Part shown: positions 40,607-50,976 of the stretch, one piece after another
Position numbering within the stretch: the stretch's first letter is position 1
How the letters are laid out: every line of letters begins with the position of its first letter
Assembly (NCBI GenBank): GCA_965247265.1
Contig: OZ252002.1
Coordinates: 483,280-547,279 of the forward strand
Length of the DNA stretch: 64,000 bases
Direction: 5' to 3'
Origin: Gammaproteobacteria bacterium
Lineage (GTDB): Bacteria > Pseudomonadota > Gammaproteobacteria > UBA4575
Position numbers and translations under genes: made by a program
Notes under the pieces: generated by a model
Seen by the model: the letters and a program-made list of their open reading frames with translations, nothing else
The model's database searches: none
Told to the model about the DNA's origin: nothing

Positions 40607-41176
40607 ATGGCGAGAATTAATTTATTACCTTGGCGAGAAACGCGGCGCCGCGAACAGCAAAAAGAATTTTTCACGTTGTTAGGCTTAGCTGCGGCATTAT
40701 GTGCTGCAGTTGTGTTACTCACCCACTTTGAAATTAATGGTCGAATAGGTCATCAAGAACGTCGCAATATGTATCTTACAAATGAAATTAAAATTCTTGA
40801 CGACAAGATTAAAGAAATTAAAAAATTAGACTCAACAAGACAAGCCCTTATTGAGCGCATGGAGATCATTCAGAATTTACAGGCAACACGCCCTGGAGTT
40901 GTGCATTTGTTTGATGAACTTGTAAACACGTTGCCTGAAGGTGTGCACCTAACTAATCTCAAACAAACAGGAAACAAATTGCAGATTGCAGGCAAGGCTG
41001 AGTCAAACGCGCGCGTCTCTTCTTATATGCGCAATATTGAAGAATCGGAATGGCTGGTCTCCCCAAGTCTTGGTGTCATCGAGACCAAAGACACCGAACT
41101 TGCACGCATTAGTGATTTCAGTTTGCAAGCCACACAAACAAATCCAGAAATAGTAATTAGCACTGAAGGCGAGTAA
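40607..41176 (+). CDS. pilN: Type IV pilus assembly protein
   Basis: INLLPWRE, SNARVS.YMRN. Confidence 0.96.
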   Translation: MARINLLPWRETRRREQQKEFFTLLGLAAALCAAVVLLTHFEINGRIGHQERRNMYLTNEIKILDDKIKEIKKLDSTRQALIERMEIIQNLQATRPGVVHLFDELVNTLPEGVHLTNLKQTGNKLQIAGKAESNARVSSYMRNIEESEWLVSPSLGVIETKDTELARISDFSLQATQTNPEIVISTEGE

Positions 41177-41180
41177 TCGA

Positions 41181-41762
41181 ATGAATCTTTCTGAAATAAG
41201 AGATATTAACCTAACTAATATTGGCACATCGCCTCTATGGGTAAAGGTTATTATGATAGGGATAGTTTGTATTGCGATACTATTTGCAGGATATTATTTA
41301 CACCATAAAAAACAGCTTGAAGGCTTAAAACGTGTGCAATCTAAAGAGATGGAACTTAGAAAAACTTTTGAAGTTAAAGCAAATAAAGCGGCTAACCTAA
41401 AGTTATACAAAGTTCAACTAGAAGAAATGCGTCGCATATTTGGCATATTATTACGCCAACTTCCTAGTAAAACCGAAATACCAGCACTTATTGTCGACAT
41501 TTCTCAAACAGGTTTGGCAAGTGGTTTAGAAATTGAATTATTTAAACCTCAGGCAGAAGTCGTGCAAGAATTTTATGCGGAAAAACCCATAGATTTGCGT
41601 GTTAAAGGTGATTATCACGAGTTTGGTGCCTTCGCAAGCGAGATCGCTGCGCTACCTCGTATTGTTACATTACATGACATAACTTTAGCGCCTAGCAATG
41701 ATGAAATGGTTATGACAGCAAAAGTAAAAACATATCGTTATTTAGATGAGGATGAAGAATGA
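41181..41762 (+). CDS. pilO: Type IV pilus assembly protein
   Basis: QLPSKTE.P.L..DIS..G, FYAE.PI, LPRIVTLHD, KTYRY. Confidence 0.96.
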   Translation: MNLSEIRDINLTNIGTSPLWVKVIMIGIVCIAILFAGYYLHHKKQLEGLKRVQSKEMELRKTFEVKANKAANLKLYKVQLEEMRRIFGILLRQLPSKTEIPALIVDISQTGLASGLEIELFKPQAEVVQEFYAEKPIDLRVKGDYHEFGAFASEIAALPRIVTLHDITLAPSNDEMVMTAKVKTYRYLDEDEE

Positions 41763-42310
41763 TGATCAGAGATGATTTCAAACTTAATCCGATCAGAATT
41801 ATTTTGACAGCAATGGCCATTACGATGTTGCTATCGGGTTGTAGTCGAGAAATGCGTGACCTTGAGGATTATGCAGAAGAAGTAAAATCACGTGAGCCTC
41901 CTGGCATTGAACCCATTCCAGAGGTCAGACCCTATCAAAGTTATAAATATCAAGCAGACAGTGAACGCAATCCATTTGATGCATCGATATTTCAAGCAAA
42001 GATTGTTGAAAAAATTAAAAGACCTAACACAAGTATTTCCCCTGACCCAAACCGTACTCCAGAGTTTTTAGAGAATTTTCCATTGGATACATTACGCATG
42101 GTAGGCACGATGGAACAAAGAGAAACGTTGTGGGCTTTAATTCAAACCCCTGAAAGGACAATTCAACGTATTGCTCAGGGAAATTATTTAGGGCAAAACA
42201 ATGGGAAAGTACTAGAAGTAAGTGATGCAAAGATAAGGATAGAAGAAATTGTTCCTGACGGATATGGCGGTTGGCGCAAACGAGACGGTTCGATTGCGTT
42301 AAGTGAATAA
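41759..42310 (+). CDS. pilP: Type IV pilus lipoprotein
   Basis: Lipobox LSGC, RNPF, LE.FPLD.L.MVGT, GNYLGQN.G. Confidence 0.95.
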   Translation: MMIRDDFKLNPIRIILTAMAITMLLSGCSREMRDLEDYAEEVKSREPPGIEPIPEVRPYQSYKYQADSERNPFDASIFQAKIVEKIKRPNTSISPDPNRTPEFLENFPLDTLRMVGTMEQRETLWALIQTPERTIQRIAQGNYLGQNNGKVLEVSDAKIRIEEIVPDGYGGWRKRDGSIALSE

Positions 42311-42388
42311 TTTGCTTGATTAATAGGAACATTAATAGATTTGAAAATCGGTTTATAGGGAAAGTTTAAAACTAAGGGGCATTTTGCC

Positions 42389-44566
42389 ATTAATGAAACA
42401 ATACAAAATTTAGTAATAAAACAATCATTATTTTCGAATGGTTGTAAGACGCACACAAAGCGGTGGGCGTTTAGGTCTTCATTAATTATTTTATTATTTT
42501 TATTTACTACGATTGCTCATTCGCAAAATACACTCCAAGACATTAAGTTTGCAAGCCTTCCTAACGACCAAGTACAGCTATCTTTCCAATTTTCAAGTAC
42601 ACCAACAGAACCACTCGCCTTTACCATTGATAATCCAGCGCGAATTGCGCTCGATTTTTTAGGGACCAATACTGAACTTGAAAATCGTTTTCAAGAGATT
42701 GGTGTCGGCGTTGCTCAAAGCGTCAATGCAGCCGAGGCAAAAGGACGAACACGTGTAGTAATTAATTTATCTCGTATGGAAGACTACAGTACGAGTATTT
42801 CTGGAAACAATTTAATATTAACGATTGGATCTGAAATTGATGGCGCAGCCCCGCAAATCGCAAGCAATGCATCTAGCACAAGCACATCATCATCGTCTTC
42901 AGCTACATCCTTTAACATAAATAATGTTGAATTTCGCCGTGGCGAAGAGGGTGTTGCACGAATTATAATTGGGCTGTCTAATCCTAACATCCCTATTAAT
43001 TTAAAAGAGCAAGGTGGACAAATCCTTGTAGATTTTTCTAATACATCGCTGCCTAGCAATTTTAGCAAACGCTGGGATGTCGTGGATTTCTCAACACCCG
43101 TTAAATTTTTTGAAACATTTTCATTTGGCCATACTAGTAGATTAATCATTTCTCCCGATACAAATTTAGAATATGAACATCTGGCGTATCAATCAGATAA
43201 TCAATATGTCATAGAAGTCAGAGAGATACCTGAAGAGTTAATTGAACAGCGCAAGAAAGACGTGTTCGAAGGTGAACGTCTATCTCTCAACTTCCAAGAT
43301 ATCGAGGTGCGATCTGTGCTGCAACTAATTGCAGATTTTACTGGGCTAAACATGGTTGTAAGCGATGCGGTCTCTGGTAATTTAACTTTGCGTTTAAAAA
43401 ATGTGCCATGGGATCAAGCGTTAGATATAATTCTTAAAACCAAAGGCCTTGGTAAACGTGAAAATGGTAATGTAATTTATGTGGCACCAAGTGAAGAAAT
43501 TGCCGCGCGTGAAAAGTTGGAACTCGAATCACAGCAACAGGTACAAGAACTAGCGCCACTGCGATCCGAGTTTATACAAGTTAACTACGCAAGAGCAGGC
43601 GATATTGCTAATATGTTAAAGTCTTCCGATAATTCATTATTATCAGATCGTGGAAACGTTACGGTTGATGATCGAACAAATAATTTGCTAGTACAGGATA
43701 CTGTCTTAAAGTTGAACGAAATAAGGCGACTAGTAGAGAGGCTAGATATCCCTGTCAAACAAGTCTTGATTGAATCACGGATTGTAATTGCCAATGATGA
43801 CTTTAGTAAATCGCTAGGTGTTCGTTTTGGTATATCAAATAAAGATGCTAATACGCTCATTAATGACCCAACGAGTAGCGACAGAGATTTTGATGCCATC
43901 GCTGGTAATCTAGAAGGTACAGATCAAGCGTTACAAGGTGCTGATATTTCCTTGAATAATCGACTAAATGTAAATTTACCAGCCGTTAACTCAACGGGCA
44001 GCATTGGTTTAGCGCTAGCTAAACTTCCATTAGGACTTCTGTTAGATTTAGAGCTTTCTGCTGCGCAAGCTGAGAGCCGAGCTGAAGTGGTTTCTACGCC
44101 AAGGGTGATTGCATCGAATCAAACAACAGCACGCATCGAACAAGGTACAGAAATTCCATTCCAATCCGCTACATCAAGTGGTGCGACAGACGTTGAATTT
44201 AAGAAAGCGGTATTATCCTTAGAAGTTACCCCACAGATTACACCTGATAATCGGGTATCAATGAAACTAAAAGTAACAAATGATAGCGTAGGCGAAGAAG
44301 TCCCTTCAGGATTTGGCGGCTTTATTCCTTCGATTGATACAAATGAAGTAGAAACAGATGTGCTCGTCGACAACGGTCAAACGATTGTACTTGGCGGAAT
44401 CTATCAGCAAGATAAAGCAGACTCAATTAGTAGAGTCCCGTTTTTCTCAGATTTACCTTTAGTAGGATTCTTGTTCAGGAGCACTTCCATCAGGGATGAC
44501 AAGTCTGAGTTACTGGTATTTATCACACCTAAAATCATTAGCGAGGACTTAACCTTAGTTCGCTAA
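42389..44566 (+). CDS. pilQ: Type IV pilus secretin; start codon uncertain (ATT proposed)
   Basis: LSLNFQDI, VPWDQALD, secretin C-terminus; frame open upstream of track start 42776 to 42359, encoding signal peptide and AMIN domain (FTIDNPARIALDF). Confidence 0.9.
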   Translation: MNETIQNLVIKQSLFSNGCKTHTKRWAFRSSLIILLFLFTTIAHSQNTLQDIKFASLPNDQVQLSFQFSSTPTEPLAFTIDNPARIALDFLGTNTELENRFQEIGVGVAQSVNAAEAKGRTRVVINLSRMEDYSTSISGNNLILTIGSEIDGAAPQIASNASSTSTSSSSSATSFNINNVEFRRGEEGVARIIIGLSNPNIPINLKEQGGQILVDFSNTSLPSNFSKRWDVVDFSTPVKFFETFSFGHTSRLIISPDTNLEYEHLAYQSDNQYVIEVREIPEELIEQRKKDVFEGERLSLNFQDIEVRSVLQLIADFTGLNMVVSDAVSGNLTLRLKNVPWDQALDIILKTKGLGKRENGNVIYVAPSEEIAAREKLELESQQQVQELAPLRSEFIQVNYARAGDIANMLKSSDNSLLSDRGNVTVDDRTNNLLVQDTVLKLNEIRRLVERLDIPVKQVLIESRIVIANDDFSKSLGVRFGISNKDANTLINDPTSSDRDFDAIAGNLEGTDQALQGADISLNNRLNVNLPAVNSTGSIGLALAKLPLGLLLDLELSAAQAESRAEVVSTPRVIASNQTTARIEQGTEIPFQSATSSGATDVEFKKAVLSLEVTPQITPDNRVSMKLKVTNDSVGEEVPSGFGGFIPSIDTNEVETDVLVDNGQTIVLGGIYQQDKADSISRVPFFSDLPLVGFLFRSTSIRDDKSELLVFITPKIISEDLTLVR

Positions 44567-44587
44567 ATTTCTTTACCTAAATTAATT

Positions 44588-44622
44588 AAAGCCCTCTCAA
44601 ATTGAGAGGGCTTTTTTGTTTT
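44588..44622 (+). terminator. Intrinsic terminator after pilQ
   Basis: AAAGCCCTCTCAA-A-TTGAGAGGGCTTT then TTTGTTTT. Confidence 0.9.
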
Positions 44623-44686
44623 AGTCTATACTCTATGATTGTAGTTAATATTTATAAGAGTGCATTGGCACATCGTTCCTTTATAG

Positions 44687-45202
44687 ATGAATACAAAAAA
44701 TATTATCCTTATCGGATCCATGGGAGCCGGAAAATCTACTGTTGGACGAAAGCTGGCAATAAAACTTGGATGTGAGTTTTTCGATAGCGACAAAATTATT
44801 GAGAGAAAAACTGGAGTAGATATCCCTACAGTATTTGAATATGAAGGTGAAAGTGGATTTCGAAAAAGAGAAGAAAATGTTTTGAAAGAGGTATGCCAAC
44901 TAAATAATTTTATACTTGCAACGGGCGGTGGCACTATTCTCTCAAGCGAAAACAGGAAGGTGCTATCAACTAATGGGGCTGTATTTTATTTAAAAGCCTC
45001 AGCTGATACGCTATTTAGCCGAACCAAAAGTGATTCAAATCGACCGCTACTTAAATCAAATAATAAAATGAAAATAATACTTGAGTTACTTAAACATAGA
45101 GAACCTTTGTACGAAGAAATAGCGGATCATATAATTGAGACAGATCGGCATACAACAAATTGGACTGTGAATCAGATTTTAAAACGATTCAAGAATGATT
45201 AA
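44687..45202 (+). CDS. aroK: Shikimate kinase
   Basis: GSMGAGKST, EGE.GFR, ATGGG, RPLL, R.PLY. Confidence 0.96.
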   Translation: MNTKNIILIGSMGAGKSTVGRKLAIKLGCEFFDSDKIIERKTGVDIPTVFEYEGESGFRKREENVLKEVCQLNNFILATGGGTILSSENRKVLSTNGAVFYLKASADTLFSRTKSDSNRPLLKSNNKMKIILELLKHREPLYEEIADHIIETDRHTTNWTVNQILKRFKND

Positions 45203-45247
45203 TTCAGATATTTATATGCAATTGCATTAGAAAAAATATATATATTA

Positions 45248-46333
45248 ATGAACACATTTGAGGTACAGCTAGGTAGACGAAGCTATCCTATTTATATTGG
45301 TGAAAATATACTTAGTGATTCTCAATTTATAAAAAAACATATTCTAGGCGACACAGTATTAATCATCAGCAATGAAACAGTAGCGCCACTGTATTTAGAA
45401 GCTGTTCTCAATAGTTGCAATTCTTATAAATGTAATCACCTGATTCTTCCAGATGGTGAAAAATTTAAATCATTGGACACAATGGATATTATCTATAATG
45501 CATTACTAGAAAATAAGTGCGATAGAAATACAACGCTGATAGCTTTGGGCGGAGGCGTGATAGGCGATATAACAGGATTTGCAGCAGCGACATATCAGCG
45601 AGGTGTAAATTTCATTCAAATACCAACTACTTTGCTTGCACAGGTAGATTCCTCAGTGGGTGGTAAAACAGGCGTAAATCATAAGCTTGGTAAAAACATG
45701 ATTGGGGCCTTCTATCAACCCCAGTGTGTTATCACTGACTTGAGTACACTTAACTCGTTAGATGAACGAGAAATTAGCGCGGGCATAGCGGAAGTAATCA
45801 AATATGGGCTCATAGCTGATGCTGATTTTTTTAACTGGCTAGAAAAAAATATCGCTGGGCTTATAGAACAAAATCCAAATACACTTTCCTATGCTGTGCA
45901 TCAATCATGTAAGAATAAGGCGAATATTGTTGCAGAAGATGAATTGGAAGTTACTGGAAAACGGGCATTATTAAACTATGGCCATACGTTTGGGCATGCA
46001 ATCGAAACAGGCGCAGGCTATGGTAACTGGCTACATGGAGAAGCTGTTGCTTGTGGCATGGTAATAGCTGCCAAACTCTCAAAAGAACTCGGATGGTTAC
46101 CAAATAAAGATTTCACACGTATTAAAAATATAGTAAATGATGCGAGACTGCCATTAAAACCACCTGAAAATATTACAGTAGATGATTTTATAAATATTAT
46201 GAGTGTTGATAAAAAATCACGAGCCGGGAAATTGCACCTTGTACTACTTAACAAGATTGGAGAAGCTATGTTAACTTCTGATTTCCCCGAAGCTCGTTTA
46301 GTAGATGTACTAAATAATTTTTGTGAAATATAA
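45248..46333 (+). CDS. aroB: 3-dehydroquinate synthase
   Basis: LGGGVIGD, PTTLLAQVDSSVGGKT, LN.GHTFGHA, HGEAV. Confidence 0.98.
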   Translation: MNTFEVQLGRRSYPIYIGENILSDSQFIKKHILGDTVLIISNETVAPLYLEAVLNSCNSYKCNHLILPDGEKFKSLDTMDIIYNALLENKCDRNTTLIALGGGVIGDITGFAAATYQRGVNFIQIPTTLLAQVDSSVGGKTGVNHKLGKNMIGAFYQPQCVITDLSTLNSLDEREISAGIAEVIKYGLIADADFFNWLEKNIAGLIEQNPNTLSYAVHQSCKNKANIVAEDELEVTGKRALLNYGHTFGHAIETGAGYGNWLHGEAVACGMVIAAKLSKELGWLPNKDFTRIKNIVNDARLPLKPPENITVDDFINIMSVDKKSRAGKLHLVLLNKIGEAMLTSDFPEARLVDVLNNFCEI

Positions 46334-46337
46334 TTAA

Positions 46338-47528
46338 ATGAACTCGCTACCATTTTCAAATATTAATCACGATACACCTCGATTAATGTTAGCTCCCTTT
46401 GCAGCGCATGATGAATTTTCAAAAGGCCGCCAATATCCCGAGGATTCAGTATCGAATCGTGGAGAATTTCAGCGAGATCGTGAACGAATAATACATTGCG
46501 CTGCATTTCGCAGACTAGAGTATAAAACACAAGTTTTTGTCAATCATGAAGGTGATTTATTTCGTACTCGGCTCACTCACTCCATCGAAGTCGCACAGAT
46601 TGCACGTGCAATCGCGCGCGAACTGGATCTTAATGAGGATCTTTGTGAATCAATAGCACTTGCACATGACCTCGGCCATACACCGTTTGGTCATGCTGGA
46701 CAAGACGCTTTAAATGAATGTATGCGTGATAACGGCAGCTTTGAGCACAATTTTCAATCATTGCGAATTGTAGATAAACTTGAACTCAAGTATGCCTCAT
46801 TCTCTGGTCTTAATTTAACCTATGAAACTCGTGAAGGGATCCTCAAACACTGTTCGCGTAAAAATGCTGAAAGACTAGGTTTATTAGGCGAACGCTTTTT
46901 ACTACGAACACAACCAGGACTGGAGGCACAACTTACAAATATCGCTGATGAAATTGCATATAATAATCACGATGTGGATGATGGATTACGTGCAGGATTA
47001 ATAAATGTAGAACAATTATGTGAATTAGAGTTATTCAATGTTCATTTTACAGCCTCAAATAATAAGTATCCAAAAACAACTGAGCGTAGAAAAATTTATG
47101 AAACCATACGTAGTATAATAAATGGTTTAATTACTGATTTAATAAATACAAGTAAAAATAATTTTATAGAAAATCGGCCTGCAACTATTGATGATATACG
47201 TGCATTAAATAAACCGTTGATAACTTTTAGTGAGGAAATGAATTTAAACAATCAAAAATTAAAATCGTTTTTGCATAAAAATTTGTATCGGCATTACCGC
47301 GTGCATAGAATGAGTCAAAAGGCTAGAAAAATTATTTTTGATTTGTATAATGCATTTTACAGTGATATTCAACTTATGCCTGATGAATATCGTGAATCTG
47401 CAAATAATTCAAAAATGCAAAAAGGTAAGAGCGGACATGCGCGTGTAGTTTCAGATTATATAGCAGGCATGACAGATCGATATGCTATTGCGGAACATGA
47501 GCGAATTTTCAATGCAAGAATCATCTAA
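46338..47528 (+). CDS. dgt: dGTP triphosphohydrolase (HD domain)
   Basis: FRRL..KTQVF, RTRLTHS, AHDLGHTPFGH.G, DYIAGMTD. Confidence 0.93.
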   Translation: MNSLPFSNINHDTPRLMLAPFAAHDEFSKGRQYPEDSVSNRGEFQRDRERIIHCAAFRRLEYKTQVFVNHEGDLFRTRLTHSIEVAQIARAIARELDLNEDLCESIALAHDLGHTPFGHAGQDALNECMRDNGSFEHNFQSLRIVDKLELKYASFSGLNLTYETREGILKHCSRKNAERLGLLGERFLLRTQPGLEAQLTNIADEIAYNNHDVDDGLRAGLINVEQLCELELFNVHFTASNNKYPKTTERRKIYETIRSIINGLITDLINTSKNNFIENRPATIDDIRALNKPLITFSEEMNLNNQKLKSFLHKNLYRHYRVHRMSQKARKIIFDLYNAFYSDIQLMPDEYRESANNSKMQKGKSGHARVVSDYIAGMTDRYAIAEHERIFNARII

Positions 47529-49041
47529 AGAAAGTTACAACCCGGATGTAATTCGAAACCTAGACACTGATTTCATTTCAGTTGAATGCTTAGAAAAGCT
47601 GGGGCTAAATGAAAATCCATTTATTGATCATGCAAAAGAACCCTTTCTTTTTATAGATCAACAAATAGAAATGTCAATAAATGTGCTTGTTGACTACTTG
47701 CAAAACCAAAAGTCTACTTTAGTTTTACTTGGAGAGATTGGCGTTGGTAAAACTACTTATTTACGTATACTTCTCAGGAAAGGTTTTCAGCATTTTAACT
47801 TTTGCACTTTACGCGCAAAGGCTGGTATCTCTTTCGATGAAATAGAAAATAAAATTAAAGAGCGATGGCAAATACCTAAACATGACTCTAATGAAGAACT
47901 TAATATTGAAGAGTATATTAAAGAGTACATTGAATCTGGCAAAAATCCTGTGCTTGTTATAGATGATGCACATCGATTGGAAAACCATGTGCTCGATGAC
48001 TTATTACAACTTAAGCACCGTGTTGGTTTGCAGTCTTCTCAAGCTCTAGGGCTAGTTCTTGCATCTGAACCAAAAATTCGACCTCAGCTTACAGAACTTG
48101 AACAAACCAATCCCGCTGCCACACAAATTTATCAATCTAACGTACGCATTTATGATGCGGACCAATGCAAAAGATATATAAATTTTCGTTTACAAAAAGC
48201 TGGGGTAAGTAATCTAGATTTATTTGATTTAGAGCAAATTGATGAGATTCTTGCAAAATCGAGTGGCCTACCTAGAAAGATAAATAAGCTTGCTCGTGAA
48301 GCGCTTACAAAGCAATGTCAAAACTTATCAAGGCTCTCAAGTCCTAAATATTCTGCTAATTCATCATCGGATTTGCGATTAGGAATTATTTTAGCAGGAT
48401 TAGTTGTCGCTGCAGTTGTAATCATCGCTTTCTTAAACAAACCAGATGAGACCATTGAAATTAATTTAGACACCCCAACTCTAGAAAAAGATATTATTGA
48501 AAAAGATGCAACTATGGATCAATTTGAAAATTCTGAGGTGATTATCGAAACACCTGTTACTAATGAAAAACCAGAAAACGAGATTCAAAACCCATACGTA
48601 GCTCCACTAGTGCTTGGCCCACTACAACTTGAAGACGAAAGCAAAACCAATGAAGAACAAACAGTGCAACCAACTGGCAAAGCACAAGAAAAGCCTGCTG
48701 ACGAAGTTCAAGTAACTCCTGCAAATGAAAATATAATTGAGAGCAAAACTCCTTTAGATTCAAAGCGGCTACTTCAACAAAGCCCAGATGCCTTCACAAT
48801 TCAAGTGGTTGCATCTGCCAACAAAGAAAATTTATTTGCCTTTGCAGATAAAAATCTGGCTAATAAACAAACAGCCTTCTATGAAAAATCAGTAAACGAT
48901 AAAATATGGTATGCCTTAGTGTATGGAGTATTTTCTACACGCGAAAATGCCTTAGCAGAAATTAAGACATTGCCCTCAAATGTTCAGAAAAATCAGCCCT
49001 ATCCATTGCAAATTAGAAGTATCCAACAAGTACTTCGCTAA
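47497..49041 (+). CDS. ExeA-type AAA ATPase with TM and C-terminal SPOR domain (DamX-like)
   Basis: Walker A GEIGVGKT, VIDDAH, TM, SPOR-like WYALVYG.F..R..A......LP; start uncertain (47482/47497/47512). Confidence 0.8.
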   Translation: MSEFSMQESSKESYNPDVIRNLDTDFISVECLEKLGLNENPFIDHAKEPFLFIDQQIEMSINVLVDYLQNQKSTLVLLGEIGVGKTTYLRILLRKGFQHFNFCTLRAKAGISFDEIENKIKERWQIPKHDSNEELNIEEYIKEYIESGKNPVLVIDDAHRLENHVLDDLLQLKHRVGLQSSQALGLVLASEPKIRPQLTELEQTNPAATQIYQSNVRIYDADQCKRYINFRLQKAGVSNLDLFDLEQIDEILAKSSGLPRKINKLAREALTKQCQNLSRLSSPKYSANSSSDLRLGIILAGLVVAAVVIIAFLNKPDETIEINLDTPTLEKDIIEKDATMDQFENSEVIIETPVTNEKPENEIQNPYVAPLVLGPLQLEDESKTNEEQTVQPTGKAQEKPADEVQVTPANENIIESKTPLDSKRLLQQSPDAFTIQVVASANKENLFAFADKNLANKQTAFYEKSVNDKIWYALVYGVFSTRENALAEIKTLPSNVQKNQPYPLQIRSIQQVLR

Positions 49042-49188
49042 TAAACGTCAGTTAATTTCTTAGCTGACCACACCACCTATTCCCTATCAATATTGAATGC
49101 ATGAATATCGAGCTCTATACTGGTTTTTAGTGCTGGGTTAATAAACCTCATAATTCATGTTTTTTTAATTGATAATATTTAAATCAAG

Positions 49189-50898
49189 TTGGCTGGTCGC
49201 ATTCCACAATCATTCATAGATGAAATTATAACTCGGGCAGATATTGTCGAGATAATTGATGGCTTTGTTTCTCTTAAAAAAAAGGGTAAAGAGTATATGG
49301 CTTGTTGCCCATTTCACGATGAAAAAACAGCATCATTTACAGTAAGCCCTGAAAAACAGTTTTATCATTGTTTTGGTTGTGGAGCGCATGGCACAGCACT
49401 TGGATTCTTAATGGAATATGAACATTTGGATTTTGTTGAGGCAGTTGAAGCATTAGCGCAACAACTAGGTCTTGACGTCCCGCGTGACCAATCTTCTGGC
49501 ATCAAAGATAACGTTCAAGATCTATATGATCTTCTTGATAAAGCAAGTGCGTATTACAAAAGCATGTTACGTGAAAATCAAAACGCAATTGACTATTTAA
49601 AATCTCGTGATGTGAGCGGTGAAATTGCTGCACAATTTGATCTTGGATACGCGCCAGATGGTTTTAATAATCTGCAAAATCAATTCAAATATGATGCCAC
49701 TGAAGATGAGCTAATAAAAATTGGACTGATGAAACAAAATGAAAATGGGAAAAAATATGATCGATTCAGGAATAGAATTACATTTCCTATCAAAGATCGA
49801 CGTGGGCGCATAATTGGATTTGGCGGAAGAGTGCTCGGTGATGACCTGCCAAAATATTTGAATACGCCTGAAACACCCGTTTTTCATAAAAGTGAAACGC
49901 TTTATGGTTTATATGAAGCACGAAAGACTAAAGAGGCTGCGCAATCAATAATAGTTGTGGAAGGTTATATGGATGTTGTGGCACTTGCTCAGCATCAAAT
50001 TTATAACGTAGCTGCAACACTAGGAACCGCAACAACAACTCAGCACATACAACAATTATTTCGTTATACACAAGAGGTAATATTTTGCTTTGATGGAGAT
50101 CGCGCTGGCCGTGATGCGGCCTGGCGAGCCGCTCAACAAACCATCCCTCTATTTAAAGATGGTTTAGAAGCTAAATTCCTTTTTCTACCCCAAGGCGAAG
50201 ATCCCGATAGTTTGATACGGCAGCGAGGTAAAATAATATTTCAACAATACATCGAAGATAGCCAATCTTTATCAACATTTATCTTTGAAAAACTGGGTGA
50301 AAATATTGATATCAGAACACCTGCTGGCAAAGCAAAACTCGCCCAACAAGCTAAACAATTACTCGAAAAATTTCCTAGTGGTGTCTATAAAAAACTGATG
50401 TTTGACGAATTAGCAAAAATTGTTGGGACACCCATTTATTATAATGTTGCAAACACAAAAAATAGCAAACCTAAAACAAACAAACCCTTAACTAATAAAG
50501 CTACGCCCGTACGATTAGCAATTGCAGCCCTACTTCACAACCCAGCTCTAGCAATAAATATTAACTCTGTTGAAGATTTAAAACATTGTGAAATGCCTGG
50601 CATAAACCTGCTAACAGAAATCATCACTATCTGGAAAAATGAGCCAGGTCTTAGCCTTGCAGCCTTAACCGAGCGTTTTCGAGGAGAGCCTGAAGAATTA
50701 CAGATTAATAAGTTGCTGACCTGGAATACGCCCGAACTAGATAACTCAAATCAAGCGTTTGAGGACGCCATGAGCTGGATAAATCGCAAGGCCAATTCTG
50801 CTCGGATTCAAGAACTTATTGATAAAGAGAACACAAGCGGGCTAAGCAAAGATGAAAAGCAAGAATTTAGGAACTTATTGCAACAGAAAGCATCCTAA
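49189..50898 (+). CDS. dnaG: DNA primase
   Basis: CPFH...HCFGC zinc domain, EGYMDV, FDGDRAG, DPD; TTG start. Confidence 0.98.
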   Translation: MAGRIPQSFIDEIITRADIVEIIDGFVSLKKKGKEYMACCPFHDEKTASFTVSPEKQFYHCFGCGAHGTALGFLMEYEHLDFVEAVEALAQQLGLDVPRDQSSGIKDNVQDLYDLLDKASAYYKSMLRENQNAIDYLKSRDVSGEIAAQFDLGYAPDGFNNLQNQFKYDATEDELIKIGLMKQNENGKKYDRFRNRITFPIKDRRGRIIGFGGRVLGDDLPKYLNTPETPVFHKSETLYGLYEARKTKEAAQSIIVVEGYMDVVALAQHQIYNVAATLGTATTTQHIQQLFRYTQEVIFCFDGDRAGRDAAWRAAQQTIPLFKDGLEAKFLFLPQGEDPDSLIRQRGKIIFQQYIEDSQSLSTFIFEKLGENIDIRTPAGKAKLAQQAKQLLEKFPSGVYKKLMFDELAKIVGTPIYYNVANTKNSKPKTNKPLTNKATPVRLAIAALLHNPALAININSVEDLKHCEMPGINLLTEIITIWKNEPGLSLAALTERFRGEPEELQINKLLTWNTPELDNSNQAFEDAMSWINRKANSARIQELIDKENTSGLSKDEKQEFRNLLQQKAS

Positions 50899-50922
50899 AT
50901 CGCTATCTCCATCAGTATTTTC

Positions 50923-50931
50923 TGATATACT
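50923..50931 (+). promoter_or_regulatory. Extended -10 promoter upstream of rpoD
   Basis: TGaTATACT followed by CGCGCG. Confidence 0.5.
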
Positions 50932-50976
50932 CGCGCGTTTTCGCAAAACATCCCCCAGCACTCGAGGTTGGTATTA

